DNA of 64,000 nucleotides from contig OX597816.1 of NCBI GenBank assembly GCA_951406725.2, positions 131,254,001-131,318,000 of the forward strand, read 5' to 3'. This DNA comes from Octopus vulgaris. Its lineage: Eukaryota. Below, piece by piece: positions 14,153 through 27,321 of the stretch. The notes under the pieces are model-generated. The model searched no databases, had not been told where the DNA came from, and worked only from the letters and a program-made list of their open reading frames with translations. Position 1 is the first letter of the stretch, and every line of letters starts with the position of its first letter. A program made the position numbers and the translations under genes.

Positions 14153-14274
14153 CTTCCCCCAATCCATAGGACTTATAGACATGTGGTACCTCTCTAGGAG
14201 GCTTGTCATTGCTAAACAGAAGATCAGCTTTTCTTGCAATGAAACGCTGCACAGTATTTGTAAACACTCGGTCT
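14153..14274 (-). CDS. TTC14: TTC14 coding exon 2
   Basis: tttcag|A-DRVFTNTVQRFIARKADLLFSNDKPPREVPHVYKSYGLGE-G|gtaagt. FIARKADLLF matches the TTC14 FISKKADLLF motif. Phases 2/1 are consistent. Confidence 0.93.
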
Positions 14275-14869
14275 CTGAAAAATATATGAAAAATTTTATT
14301 AGTCTGACACTTGAGAAAATAGATGAAACATAAATATTAGGTCTGTCTTAATAAAACTCAAAAATAAAATAATTTTTTTTTTTTTCAAAATAATCAATAC
14401 CACAGAATAATATGGTTCATCAATTGTAATAGATTTTACCAAATAATATTATTCCATACAGATTGATCCATGATTATTTTCTTTTAATACAGTACTGCGT
14501 AATAATGAAGCATTCAATATGTTCCCATAACATAATCTATCAATTCAAATACAACTACCTTCAAACAAAACACAATTTAATTACTTTAGCACATTGGAAA
14601 TATGAAGTTATATTTACATAAGGAGTAATAATATCCTGGAGTAACAAAAGACAAGTAACATATGTTGCAGAATAGAATTGTCATAATTGATTAATATTGG
14701 GTAGCATCTGTTTGATCAAATGTTTAGTAGTAACTAAACGTCAACACCTTACATATATCACTCTTCAGTTTGGTCTGAGATGACACTTTAAACTTGAACA
14801 TAATACTAATATAATTCTGTGATCTCTGACTTTTAAAAAATCTATGAATTATTTATTCTGATAAATGTA

Positions 14870-15210
14870 AGTACAGTTGTGTGTTCAAGAAACCATATGG
14901 TCCTGGGTTGAGTCCTACTGTGCAGCACCTTGGGCTAACCAGTGCCTGGTGAGTAAATTTGGTAGACAAAAACTGTATAGAAAGCCAGTGTGGGTGTGTG
15001 CCTTTATGTTTTGTGTTTGAAACCTACCACCACTTGACAACCAGTGCTCATTTGTTTACTTCTCTGTAACTTAGCATTTCAGCAAAATGAGACTGATACA
15101 ATAAGTACCAGACTTAAAAAATAATAAACCAATTTGTTTAACTAAACCCTTCAAAGAAGTGCTCCAGCATGGCCACAGTCCAATAACTGAAACAAGTAAA
15201 ACGTAAAAAT
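14870..15210 (+). mobile_element. tRNA-derived SINE (diverged copy)
   Basis: Collinear with 3412-3848. Confidence 0.7.
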
Positions 15211-15702
15211 TAAACAATCCTTATTTTCCTATGCTAACCAATGTAAAAGATTGTACTTTTAGTATTTCTTTCATTTCTGTTTTAGCAAGTACTGTAATGG
15301 TTATCCTTTGTTGATGAGGTAAGACTAGATTGAAACATATCCAGAGTTATTTTTCTTACTTGGTGAAAAATCTATAATTTTAGTCATTGAAATAATTATG
15401 CAATGAATATAAAAGCCACTGTGTTATTCTTTCTAGTTAGCTGTGTATTGTTCTTTGATTTAACTTTAACACTAACTTATGATTTGACTACATATAACTA
15501 GAATTTAATTCTTTTATATATGAAGAATGGTGACGTTTTTCAGTATCATAAACAACATGGTACAACAGCCTTCTTTCAGACTGGTCATGAATAATGTAAC
15601 TTTGTCTCCAACCCATGCCAGCACAGAAAATGGATGTTAAACAATGATGATGATGAGTCTAGAGGGAGCATGAGATTATATCTTCATGAACACAAAATAC
15701 AT

Positions 15703-15705
<3 letters not shown>

Positions 15706-15762
<57 letters not shown>
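15706..15762. repeat. (TA)n microsatellite, representative of many (TA)n/(CA)n/(GA)n/(CAT)n tracts
   Basis: Direct reading; similar tracts at e.g. 34401, 42640, 51314, 55896, 57590 and 63487. Confidence 0.95.
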
Positions 15763-15765
<3 letters not shown>

Positions 15766-15774
15766 TATACATAC

Positions 15775-16148
15775 AGGCACAGGCATAGCTGTGTGGTAAG
15801 AAGCTTGCTTACTAACCACATGGTTCCAGGTTCAGTCCCACTGCATGGCACCTTGGGCAAGTGTCTTCTACTATAGCCTCAGGATGACTAAAGCCTTATG
15901 AGTGGATTTCGTAGACAGAAACTGAAAGAAGCCCATTGTATATATATATATTTGTGAGTCTGTGTTTGTTCCCACCACTACCACATGACAACCAATGTTG
16001 GTGTGCTTATGTCCCCCATAACTTAGCAGTTTGGCAAAAGAGACTGATAGAATAAGTACTAGGCTTACAAAGAATAAGTCCTGGGGTCAATTTGTTTGAC
16101 TAAAGACCACAGTCAAATGACTAAAACAAGTAAAAGAATAAAAGAAAT
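15775..16148 (+). mobile_element. tRNA-derived SINE
   Basis: Collinear with 3412-3848. Confidence 0.85.
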
Positions 16149-16157
16149 AAACATATA

Positions 16158-16375
16158 TCTCTTTTACTTGTTTCAGTCAACAGACTGTGGTCTCACAGAG
16201 GCACACTCTTGAAGGGTTTTAGTCAAACAAATGACCTCAGTACTTATTTTTAAACCGGGTACTTATTCTATCACCCTCTTTTGTTGAACTGCTAAGATAC
16301 AGAGACATAAATAAACCAACACCAACTGTCAAGCATTGGGGTAGGAACAAACACAGACACAGAAGATACACACAT
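16158..16375 (-). mobile_element. tRNA-derived SINE 3' half, tail-to-tail with the preceding copy
   Basis: Reverse complement of the SINE 3' half (cttttacttgtttcagtc..., ctcttttgttgaactgctaag). Confidence 0.75.
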
Positions 16376-16546
16376 ATAGATATATATCATCATTTAACAT
16401 CTATCTTCCATAGTGACAAGGGTTGGACAATTTGGCAGGATCCAGTGAATTGTAGGAACATGCTGAGCTCCAATGTCAGCTTTGGCATAGTCCTACAGCT
16501 GATGCCTTTCATAACACCAACTACTTTACAGTGTGTACTGAGTGCT

Positions 16547-16588
<42 letters not shown>

Positions 16589-17316
16589 GAAAAAAGAATG
16601 GGGAATTATACAGTATTTAATCAGCTTATGTATGTTTCAGATAAATTGATAAATTTGAAAAATCTGCAATGCTGTAATCATGAATATTAATTAATCCCAT
16701 ATTTGAGCAACTAAGATACTACAGAAATAGAGAAACTGGACACCATCCCATCCTTATCAAAACTATGCCATACTGCTTGGAATAGATGCTTTAAGGGAGA
16801 CAGATAGGAGTAAAACAAACAATATTTTACCAGAATAAAGGGTAGGAAGGCATTTCAGCAGATCTACTTAGGAATTGTATTTATCAGATCATGATAGAAT
16901 TTTAATATGATACTTTTACAATCCTACTTGTTGAAGAATGTTTATGGCAAAATTCTTACCACATTTAAACCATTACTGGCCAATTCATATACACAGACGA
17001 TGAAGTAGAATCAAGCTATATATTATTTAGTTCATGAAGGATATATTCAGTCAGTAATTTTAAATATAAACTATGAGTACAAGAAAAACGGATGCAATAG
17101 TGAGAATTCAAAAGTAAAATAATCAATATATTATTCACGAAGGAAGATATTCCATTTCAAAAATAATTTTTTCTTAAAAGAATGAATTTTTAAAAATTAA
17201 AATAGTTGCAATATGATTAATATAAATTAAGATAAAAAGTAATATCAAAAAATAAATCAAAATAAAATAAAAAAAGTTATCAAAAATAATCTAATTACAG
17301 AATTTTTTAAAATTTA

Positions 17317-17760
17317 CATCATCATTGTTTAACATCTGCTTTCCAAGCTAGCAAGAGTTGGACATTTTGACTGAGGACTGGCAAGCCAGGAGGCTGCACT
17401 AAGCTTCAATCTGATCTGGCAAGGTTTCTTCAGCTGGATGCCCTTCCTAATGCCAACCACTCTGAGAGTGTAGCGGATGCTTTTTGCATGTCACTGGCAC
17501 AGGAACTAGTCAGGTAGCACTGGCATCAACCATGCTCAAGTGATACTTTTTATCTACCACTGACATTGACCACGCTTGAATGGTGCTTTTTACGTGCCAC
17601 CGGCATGGGTGCCAGTCAGGCGGTACTGGCATTGACCACAACAACGACTTTACTTGACTCAATAGGTCTTCTCAAGCACCGCATATTGCCCAATGATTGA
17701 AGGGAACTCCTAAATAGGCTTAGTTATGCGACACTGGCATAGGTCATAGCTACAATCTCA
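17317..17760 (-). mobile_element. RTE LINE 3' UTR fragment
   Basis: Collinear with 61790-62345, including the TTTTACGTGCCACCGGCA repeats. Confidence 0.85.
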
Positions 17761-20700
17761 GCTTGAAAATTAAGATAACTAAAATAATCAGATGAAGTAA
17801 ATATTAGTGTATCTACTAAATAAAACTAGAAGAGTTATATATACTAAATATACCTGACCAAGAAGTGAGACCTAACCTATTATAACATGGTACACTAATC
17901 ATTCATTTGGAAAGGTTTAAAAAGTTCTTCTAAATAAATGCAAACATCAGAATATTAATTCATTTCTTTAATTTAATAAATGAGATTTGAATGAAAGGAT
18001 ATGAAGTGTTTTCTTGAGGCATAGGTTACATTTTAGTTTCCTTCCATTATATGGTAGTGCAAAATTCATTATAGAGCATTTAATATTGTACCTTTGAGGC
18101 CCCAGAAAAATTTACTTCAAGAGGAAGTTTTCCTTCTTTCTATATTTAAACAAAGGAATGTGATTATATATTCTTGACTTAAAATCAATTGTGCAAGCAC
18201 CTATATAGTAGTAAAAACACATTCCCTTGTTGTTACTGAATATTTATAAACTAAGTTTTTTTTTCTTAAGAATTTGGTTATCTAATGTTCACTTTAGATA
18301 ATTTTTACAGTCAAAAGATTTTTCATCTGAAAAGTTTACATTCCATTTATGGTCAATATCAGTTGTTGAACAATCACTTCTGTATTAAGATTTGATATAC
18401 ATGTTTTCTCTATTCGAGCTAAATATTTCAAATTCATTATATATGAATCTAAGTTGTATTTTTTATTACTATTGTTCACTTGCCATTATTACTATGGTTA
18501 TTATTATCATTATTACTACTATTATTATTATTGCAATAATCATCATTACCCTCACTGTTATTACTGTTACTATCTTTATTACTATTTTCAAGTGGATTTG
18601 CTAAATCCATTTCAACAAACTCTTTTAATTTAAATATACACACACACACACATAAATTATGAGTATACATATACATAGAAGAGTGTGGTTTAGTAGTTCA
18701 TGTGTTGCATTCATGATAGTAAGACTGAGCTTTTAATTCCTGGACCAGGAATGTATTGTGTTATTGAGCAAAACATTTTTATTTCACAATACTCCCACCC
18801 ACTCAACAGAAAAATATATGTAACCCTGTGATTGAATGGCATCCCATCCAGAATGGGAGGGATATATACACCAAAGAATCGAGGAAAATGGCCTCACAAG
18901 CTTATGGCTCAAGAAAGATCTTGTATTTTTCATATACATATATAATACATATACACGCAAATATATACATATAACACACACACATGCAAATACATATATC
19001 TTGCAATTTCATGTACATGCATGTTCACACTGATTATGATGGATTGTAAGTTTGATCAATGTGAAACACCATTCATATAAACTGCAAAGCTGTAAATATA
19101 AGACAAAGAAGTAAAGATTATGAATAGAATATTAGAGAGAGGAACAATTAGAGAAACAAATCTATATCATACCCCCTAATGTTCTGTTTAACTATAATTT
19201 AAATCTATCTTCAAAGTAAAAATTATTTAAAAATTACAAAGAGCATATTGCAACCTTAACTCATAAAATGCCATTGTCAAAACATTTGTAATATTTTATT
19301 TTTCTCTAAGACTTTGCACTATATATTTCTTTGAAAACATCATCATTATTCTCTGGAGCAAGCCATCTCCAGACAAATTTTGGAAATTACATGATGTAGT
19401 CACACCACAATGAGAAAGGTGCTAACCTTAGAAACACCAAAAGATATTGCCTTTGCTGGGTGATTTTTTATCTGTTAGCTTGGGGATTACTTGCTTGGTT
19501 TTTATCTACATTTTTGAACTCGTGAACTAATGAAAAGTAAAACAGTATCTGCCTGGTGTGGCTGATTCTGTCTTATTGGCAGGATTATGTTTGATTTAAA
19601 GTATCCTTGGAATTTTGGTATACTCTATGGGGCAAACACCATCTCATCTTCATAATGTATTGAATGCTCCCTGCTGGAGTTTTTTTCTTTCTAGTGGCTT
19701 GATGTCTTGGGATTCATGGTCAAACAGCTGGGTGGAATTGCATGAAAAATTACACAGATGTATAAAATGATCCAGTGGTGATACTGGGCTTTGTATTTTT
19801 TTCATAGCTCCCATGGTTCCCGAGATAATCTACGATAATAATGCTCTTATGTTTATGAATGAGAAAGGAAGGGGTGATATATGAATAAGGAAGGAAGGAT
19901 GAGCATTTCAACTCTGTGTGAATATGTGTGTATGTAAAAAGGGGGTATGTGAATGTGTGTGTGCATGTACATGTGCACAGGCAATGGAAGTGGGATGGTT
20001 CATCTTTGTTCGCTTAGTATTTGGGTTTATTTTTTGATTTGGTTGAATCTTGGTTGGTATTTTTGTTGTTGTTGGTCAGATTGGTCAGTTATTTTTAGTG
20101 TTTTGACAGAAATTGTTTTTAAATGTAAACATGCCCAAACAAATCGACTGCTTACACAGAGCAGGTTTTACAGCCACATCATTCAAATCAATCAGGTGAA
20201 ACTGGGCTTAGCTGCTAGTTCCATATAAGTGACCCCATCTTGGTCCTGTCTTATTGATCATATAATCTGCTGTCTTAGATTTTTATAACTTTGAATGTTG
20301 TTATTGATGACATGATGATTGCAAACTTTACTTATGCTAACAACATTGCCCTCTTGAGCTCATACCATGTTAACCTTCAGGTCAAGCTTGCAAATGTTTT
20401 AAGATGAATTATCTTGATAGAGCCAAGTCCAGCAAGTAGAACTCTACATTACAATGATATCTATGAATTTGCTTGTGTTGGGGTAAACCTTCCAACTAAT
20501 CAGTCAATTTAAGTATGAAAATTACAGAAGTATCAGCCAAACCTATGTAGCTGGTTTGTTGTTGCCATTTAATGCCAGGGCAACCCTGATTGCCAAATGC
20601 ATTTGTACAATGACCAGTTCATTTTGCTTGTATGTCATTATAATTTCCCAATGAGTCCTTCTACATTTAAATGTTAGAGAGTGATTGAGGGATATTCTAG

Positions 20701-21835
20701 CAAATCAAGCGATTGTGTACAGGCTCTTTTGTTGATTTAAAACTACTACTGTTTGTTTGTATAGGTTGATATCCTCCTAAGACTTTCAAATGTACCACCA
20801 TTAACCATTCTCCATATATGTGCTGGCAGAGCTATTGTGACAAACTGGAGCAAGCACAAAGTTATGTGTTATGCTCAGGTACACAAGCACAATGCCAGTA
20901 GTAAGATCTGAACTTATAACCATATGATCAGGAGTACAGCATAATAACTTCACTGCTAATTAGAAGTAAACAAAGAAAACTCATATAAATAATGATTTAA
21001 CGGTAGTATCCTTTATACTTTTCTCTCAATTTATTTTGATGTTGGAGGTTGGGATTTGGAACTGTTCATATTCAAGAATAATTTGTAGCCAAAACACTTC
21101 TGTTTGTAGAGACCATTTTGCTCTTGATCATCCTTCAAATCTTGATTCAATCCAAGCATGAAAACTTGTTGAAGTAATTTTCATTTCACTAAACAGAAGT
21201 TCACTACTACAACCTGTGAATCAGGGAATTATTTCTACTTTAAACATACATTATCTTAGAAGAATTTTTCATCAGTTGATTACAAGAAGTAATTCCAGAA
21301 AAAATACACTATGCAAATAATTCAAAATATTAGAAACCCTTAACAAGTCAAACATACATGCTTGCATGATCAGATGGGATTGAGACAGATCTTTGATGGA
21401 TGCCCTTCCTGACACCAACCCTCATGTATTATCAAGCAAGGCAATGTTTTCTCATGACCAGACATGTTTGTTTTGTTTTTTTGTATGGATGATAGTAAAT
21501 GAATGACACTTGTTTACAACCATCAACTGATGCCAGGACAAAGGAACACACAATCTACTACATCCATTCACAAGGCTTTGGTTGAAGTGTCACACAGTGA
21601 GACTGAAGCCAAAACCACATGGTTGGAAAGCAAGCTCCTTAACCACACAGCCATGTCTGAGCCTGCACGCAGACACACACAGATAGAGAAAGTAAAACTA
21701 AATAAGAGCAGCAAAGATGGATGGACCAATGGAAAGAGGAGAGGATACAGTATGATAAGAATGAACTAGATTGATACATGTATGTGTATGAATATATGTA
21801 TGAATACATAACAACGGCCAAATATACTATATACA

Positions 21836-21875
<40 letters not shown>

Positions 21876-21888
21876 CTGACAGGGACAT

Positions 21889-22548
21889 CATATTTTGCTT
21901 TGCAACCATAATATACCACCTAGTATATTAAAGGCTTATCAGTGTCCTATCCTACATTTTGTGTTAGCAATGTGTTGTTTTCATTTTTAACTTTATCTCT
22001 ATAGATTTTCTACTGAAGTTAGAGTCAGTTTTAAAAGTTACCAGGTTTCATATATGAATACATCTATATAAACATTGTGATTGGAGATAGAAAAATAGGT
22101 AATGAGTGTATATGCACATTTCTAGAGTTATTGCTCCTTCTTCAGCACCACACCCATCCCATTAACTACCCATGAATATATTACTTAAATAGACACTAAG
22201 TTTAGCAGTGTAACACTATTAGAGGGACCGAAACACATTCCTGACAACTGATATGTACAATTGCTAGTAGGTAGACCATACTTTGTTTTGCAACTATGGT
22301 ATACCACCAAGTATATTAAAGGTTTATAAGTTTTTGCATTAGCAGTGTGTTGTTTTCATTTTTTAAGTTTATCTGTATAGATAGTTAATGGGTTGAATGT
22401 GATGCTGAAGAAAGAGCAATAACTCCAGAAATGTGTATATACACCTATTACCCATTTTTCTATCTTTGATCGCATTGTTTATATAGACATATTTGTATAC
22501 AAAACATCATGACTTCAGTGCTGGTCTAAATGCTGTTGAAAATCTATG
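21889..22548. repeat. Composite direct plus inverted repeat (A-B...A-B')
   Basis: A 21889-22005 resembles 22278-22381 (direct); B 22001-22168 resembles the reverse complement of 22382-22548. Confidence 0.8.
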
Positions 22549-23339
22549 GTTGCTATTAAGCCAGATATATATTAAGCAGGTTTAAGTCTGAAACATCTGA
22601 GATGATGATTCCTCAAAAATTCTTTTCACAAATGCAATTTTGTAATTTACCTCTCAACCTACAAAACTATACCAAAAAGTTATCTTTCTAGGAGTGTATA
22701 AAAGTAATTATGATTAGTGTGTGTTTTATACAGATACACATACCATTCTACTATGACAATTTTGAAATATATATATGTGTGTGTGTGTATGTATATATAC
22801 ATATACACACACAGAGAAAGAGAGAGAGAATTGTAGTATTATGGTTACATTTAAAGCATAGAAATTTGTCATCCTCCACACTCTCTTTCATACACAAACA
22901 CATACATCTATAATCACAGGTATGCACACACACATGCCTGTTGTTCCCGGTATCCACCATATACCCATTTTGTTCTTCTTTAACCCTTGGTCTGTCCTGT
23001 TTCAGCAGACATGTTAAAAGCCACTCCAGAGATGATCATCCCATCACTTTTGTATGACCACATTGTCCATGTCATTTCATTTTTTTTGAGACCTCATCAT
23101 TTTTGCATCCACTTTCCATGTTTGCATAAGTTAGATGTACAATGCAATTTTAAGATTTGGCTGTTATTTCTAGCAGGTCCAATGACAGCATACAGTTTCC
23201 TTCTTTTTATTGGTCAAGCAATGACTTTTGATGAAAAGTGTCCTGGCCATGATCATCCCATTTTATATCTGAAGTGTCCCTCCACCCTCTGAAAGACAGT
23301 GGGGTGAAGGAAACTTGATAAGGATAGATAAAGAAATAT

Positions 23340-24561
23340 CAAATAAAGAGATAATTGCCTTTTAAAACTATTTTAAGTAATATATTTCAGCTCAGAATAA
23401 ATTTTATTATTAGAAATAACATCCATTAGAGTTTACATACTTTTTGCCAACAGAAAAACAAGTCTTTTTATTGTGATAGCATAGAATTCTGGACTCCTGG
23501 AACTGATGCATTTTTCAAAGGTGTTTTGGGCTGGTGCTTGGCTTTTGAAGACCTTCATTTGCAAGAAGTTATTGAAATGCTTGAAAAATTGGTAGTCAGC
23601 TAGAAAAGGGCTCCAAAGTAAACTGAGTAAAGTAGTGTTTGCTCAGATTTTACAAAATCAGCTGAAAGATTATCAAGGAGAAGAATTGATCCTTTTGATT
23701 GACCAGTGCTGGAACTAAACATTGCATCTTGGTGTATTTTATTGATTTCCTGGCAAGGCTTCTCTGCAGCGATAGTTTCACCAGGATTTAAGGAATTATA
23801 GTGGAAGATTCCACTTACTGACAACCATCAAACAGTGACCAGAACCTTTTAATATAGCTTTGGTTTAGGAGATACTTCAGTTCAGCACAACCACTGCAAT
23901 GAACACTGTTGGTTGTTTATTTAATTCATTTTCCATCACATCATAAGACAATCAAGAAATCGATTGTTTTTGTTGCACAAAAGAAACACAGACAAAACTT
24001 CGCAATGGTGATATTCTTGATTTTTCTTCAACACCTGCAGTATCCATTTATCATTGAGTGTTTATTTTTTTTTTAACATTCCAAAGTGGTGCAAATATCA
24101 AACAACTGTTGAATGGAGACAATTTAGTTTGCTTGCAACTAAGTTGTTTTGCATGGGTCCCTTCAATATGATCCTCAGTTGGTTGTCAATTGCAGGTCAC
24201 CCACAACCTTCCTTTTTCTTCAAGGTTATCTCCATGGTAAATTTTGGGGACCTATGTTAAGCTGTACATATACTGACAGTCTCCTGGTCAAATGCTTGGT
24301 TGATATTGCAAACAGAATATACTGCTTTGTGTTCCATTTTGAACTCATACAATAAAATCACTTTTTCCATCTTTAATTTGACGGCCTAAAATAAACAAGA
24401 ATAAACAGTGAAAGCAAAACTATTGGTATATAGATCAATAGACCAAAATCTGCTTTTCAAAATGGTATATTACATGAATACAGTAAAAATAACAGGTTAT
24501 CCCAAAGTAAGCATCAAAGTTTAAAAGAACAAAAGCCACTATTATTTTTGCAGCAGCCTAA
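23340..24561 (-). mobile_element. Decayed mariner (Hsmar1/cecropia-like) transposon
   Basis: ORF 23600-23824 reads GIFHYNSLNPGETIAAEKPCQEINKIHQ..GSILLLDN, a mariner catalytic region. The right end aaagccactattatttttgcagcagcctaa resembles the Hsmar1-type TIR. The left boundary is approximate. Confidence 0.75.
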
Positions 24562-25284
24562 CAGGCAGATAATAGATGGATGTTGGTTATATTTATGATA
24601 TAGTAATCACTTCTCTCTCATACAAAAACACATGTACATATCCATAATCACACACACATTTATATTTTTTGTTGTTCAGATTTCTATTAACTAACATATA
24701 ACTGTTTTATTGTTGTGGTTTAGCCTTAGGTCTACCCTGACTGATTAGATGTATGATGAACGCTATTTCAGTCTTGTATATCTCATTTCTCCTGTTTTGT
24801 TTGTGCAGTTTCATATTCTAAGACAGCAGATTGTAAACTGAGGGAAATTTACCTACTATATCTAGCAGGCCAAACAACTGCTAAGGATCAAGCATACATA
24901 CAGCAAAAATAAATATTAAACATTTCCAAGCAAGCTTTCTTTTTGTAAAGATGTGTTTAAAGTTCACATAACTGACTTCTTAGTGTTTTGCATACACTGT
25001 TTTAATGATATAATACATTTGTCACATACATATGTGACAAAGTGCAGGTTTCTGTAGTTGATTTTTCAATGAAATAATTAGTGAGAAATGTTTAATGTTA
25101 GTACCAATTATTTATGTAATATGAACACTTGTTCATTTTACACCCCCAGCTCTTCTACAAGAATTTGCAGTCATCCCCACTTCTCTCCTACTCTAACTCT
25201 TTATCCTATGACATAAAGCTGACACCCACCCATGCCAACTGCCTCAGGATTCACAATCTTGCAAAGCTGCATGGAAACCTTAAT

Positions 25285-25474
25285 AAAGCTGGTGGCATGA
25301 AAAACAGACCTCTATATATGTTGTAAAGTGGCTAGCATTAGGAAGGGCATCCAAGTGTAGAAACCATGCCAAGGCAGACATTAAAGTATAATGCAGTCCA
25401 AGGACACATTGGATCCTGTCAAATCATTCAATCCATGCCAGCATAAAACATGGACGTTAAATGATGATGATGAT
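25285..25474 (+). mobile_element. RTE LINE 3'-tail fragment
   Basis: aggaagggcatcc...atccatgccagcat...gacgttaaatgatgatgatga. Confidence 0.75.
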
Positions 25475-26459
25475 TTTCCATGCTCCTATGGGTTAGACAA
25501 ATATATAACTGTGACATTGTATTACATCTTCAAAAGCACAAAGCAAATAAACACTTTTTGACAGAAGAAATGATAACAACATCACTTGTAGTTTGTGACT
25601 ATCATTCCATAAATATAGAACCTGTATCATTTGTAATGATAAATAATTCTATATAAGAATATATCGCTATCCTTACTCTAAAGCAGTTTTGGAATTATAA
25701 CTCTTTAGACATAATATTCAAGATTGTTTGAAAGTAAAAAGAGAATTCACATCTTCTAGTGTGTGTGTGTGTTACACAATTTCCATCATACTCATGTAAC
25801 TCTGCAGACAAGTCATGGTAGTATGAATAACAGTTATCATCATCTATGACAGGAAGATTTGCAGTTTGATGGCATTTTGCCCACCCCACTGTAAATTACA
25901 ACAAAAAAATAAGAATCACAAGTAAAACAATATTCAAAATATTATTTTGAACATTTAGTCTTAAACAAACAACCAAACTATTATCAAAGAGGAGTCATCA
26001 GTATTAGCAATAGTGGATGAGAAAACAATAGTAACTTTTAGTTTGGTTATACACCATAACAAGGAATAAACTACATGTTAATATAAAACAAACTGCTCAA
26101 AATACTTTTAGAGTGTGCTTTTTACTGACCAATAACATATAACAAAACAGGGAAATAGAAATCTTGGGTGGGTATTATTTATTCTCCATTATATGTGTTT
26201 CTGAAACTCCACAAATATTTCCATAATTCTCAATTGTAGTATGTATTTTGACTAACATACAGCAGCAATTGTGGCCACATAATGGATTGTAATAATGGAA
26301 TAAGCAGATATGCTTCAAGAGGAAACAGCTGGTATTTACCCCAACTGCTTATTATATATGTGAAATCATCAAAGTTCTTAATTAAAATTAAACAAGGCCT
26401 TGTGTAAATACAAAAAATCAAGTTGAACGATAATATTTTAAAAGAAACAAAATGCCCAC

Positions 26460-26602
26460 CTGATTTCAGAACGATTTCGGAAGTTATCTCTTTCGGGTGG
26501 AACTACAAGATCTTCTCCTACATTTTGTCCTTCAAAGATAAGATACTTAGCAAGAGTACTCCCATGATAGTTAACTGATCTTGTCAGTTGATGATAGTCC
26601 AT
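26460..26602 (-). CDS. TTC14: TTC14 coding exon 1 (start ATG; exon acceptor at 26607)
   Basis: Translates MDYHQLTRSVNYHGSTLAKYLIFEGQNVGEDLVVPPERDNFRNRSEI+AG, resembling the vertebrate TTC14 N-terminus (MDRDLLRQSLNCHGSSL). A cag acceptor lies 5 nt before the ATG and the donor is AG|gtgggc. Phase 2 matches the next exon. Confidence 0.85.
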
Positions 26603-27321
26603 AATATCTGTAAATGATAATAAAAGATGAAGATTTAATGCAACACTGAAGTCACCAATTATTACAGAGAGTTATGTCAGGACTAACATAATGTAGTAAA
26701 TAACGAACTACTATTTAGTTAAAATAACACTTGTATCGAGAAGAAAAGATCATTACCTCAATGACTGGTCCTGGTCAAGAAAGATGAGAAAGATAACTGT
26801 GGAGTCAAAATTAATGAAAATCAAATGTAGGCATCAAGTAGGGGTGGGGTAGTGAGTTTAATCTTTAACCATATGGGGATAATTTTAGACATGTTTCAGT
26901 ATTATCAGACCAACTCAGCAGATTCATTACTTGTTCTTGCTAGACTTAATATAACTAAGAAATATAAAGACTTTTAAGTAAATAAACACTGGTAAATATA
27001 ACAATTTAAAAGAATGACCAAGAGAAATTATCCAGTGGCATACATTGGCTCTATTTCTCTTGAGTTATATTCAAAGACAGTTTAAGTAAAATAGAAATAT
27101 ATTTAAATAGTTAATTCTATATTATTCAACTACAATATTCTTAACGTAGCTTTTTTGTCACCGTTGGCATTTTCCAAGCAGTCTCACTAATTCAGTTTTA
27201 ATTGAAATCAAATTTAGTTTTTTGAATTATGTTTGACTAGTGATAAGCTACATTTAGACATAAAATACTTAAAATTTGGTGCAGTAGAAAAAAAGTTAAG
27301 AGAAAGAATGTATAGAATAAA

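Noticed and set aside
19440-19860. Moderately complex unique-looking segment, possible exon or TE relic
   Set aside because: No open frame with splice sites and no recognisable motif.
20150-20420. RT-like remnant (LTYANNIALL, cf. YADD)
   Set aside because: Probably an ancient LINE relic, but too decayed to delimit or classify.
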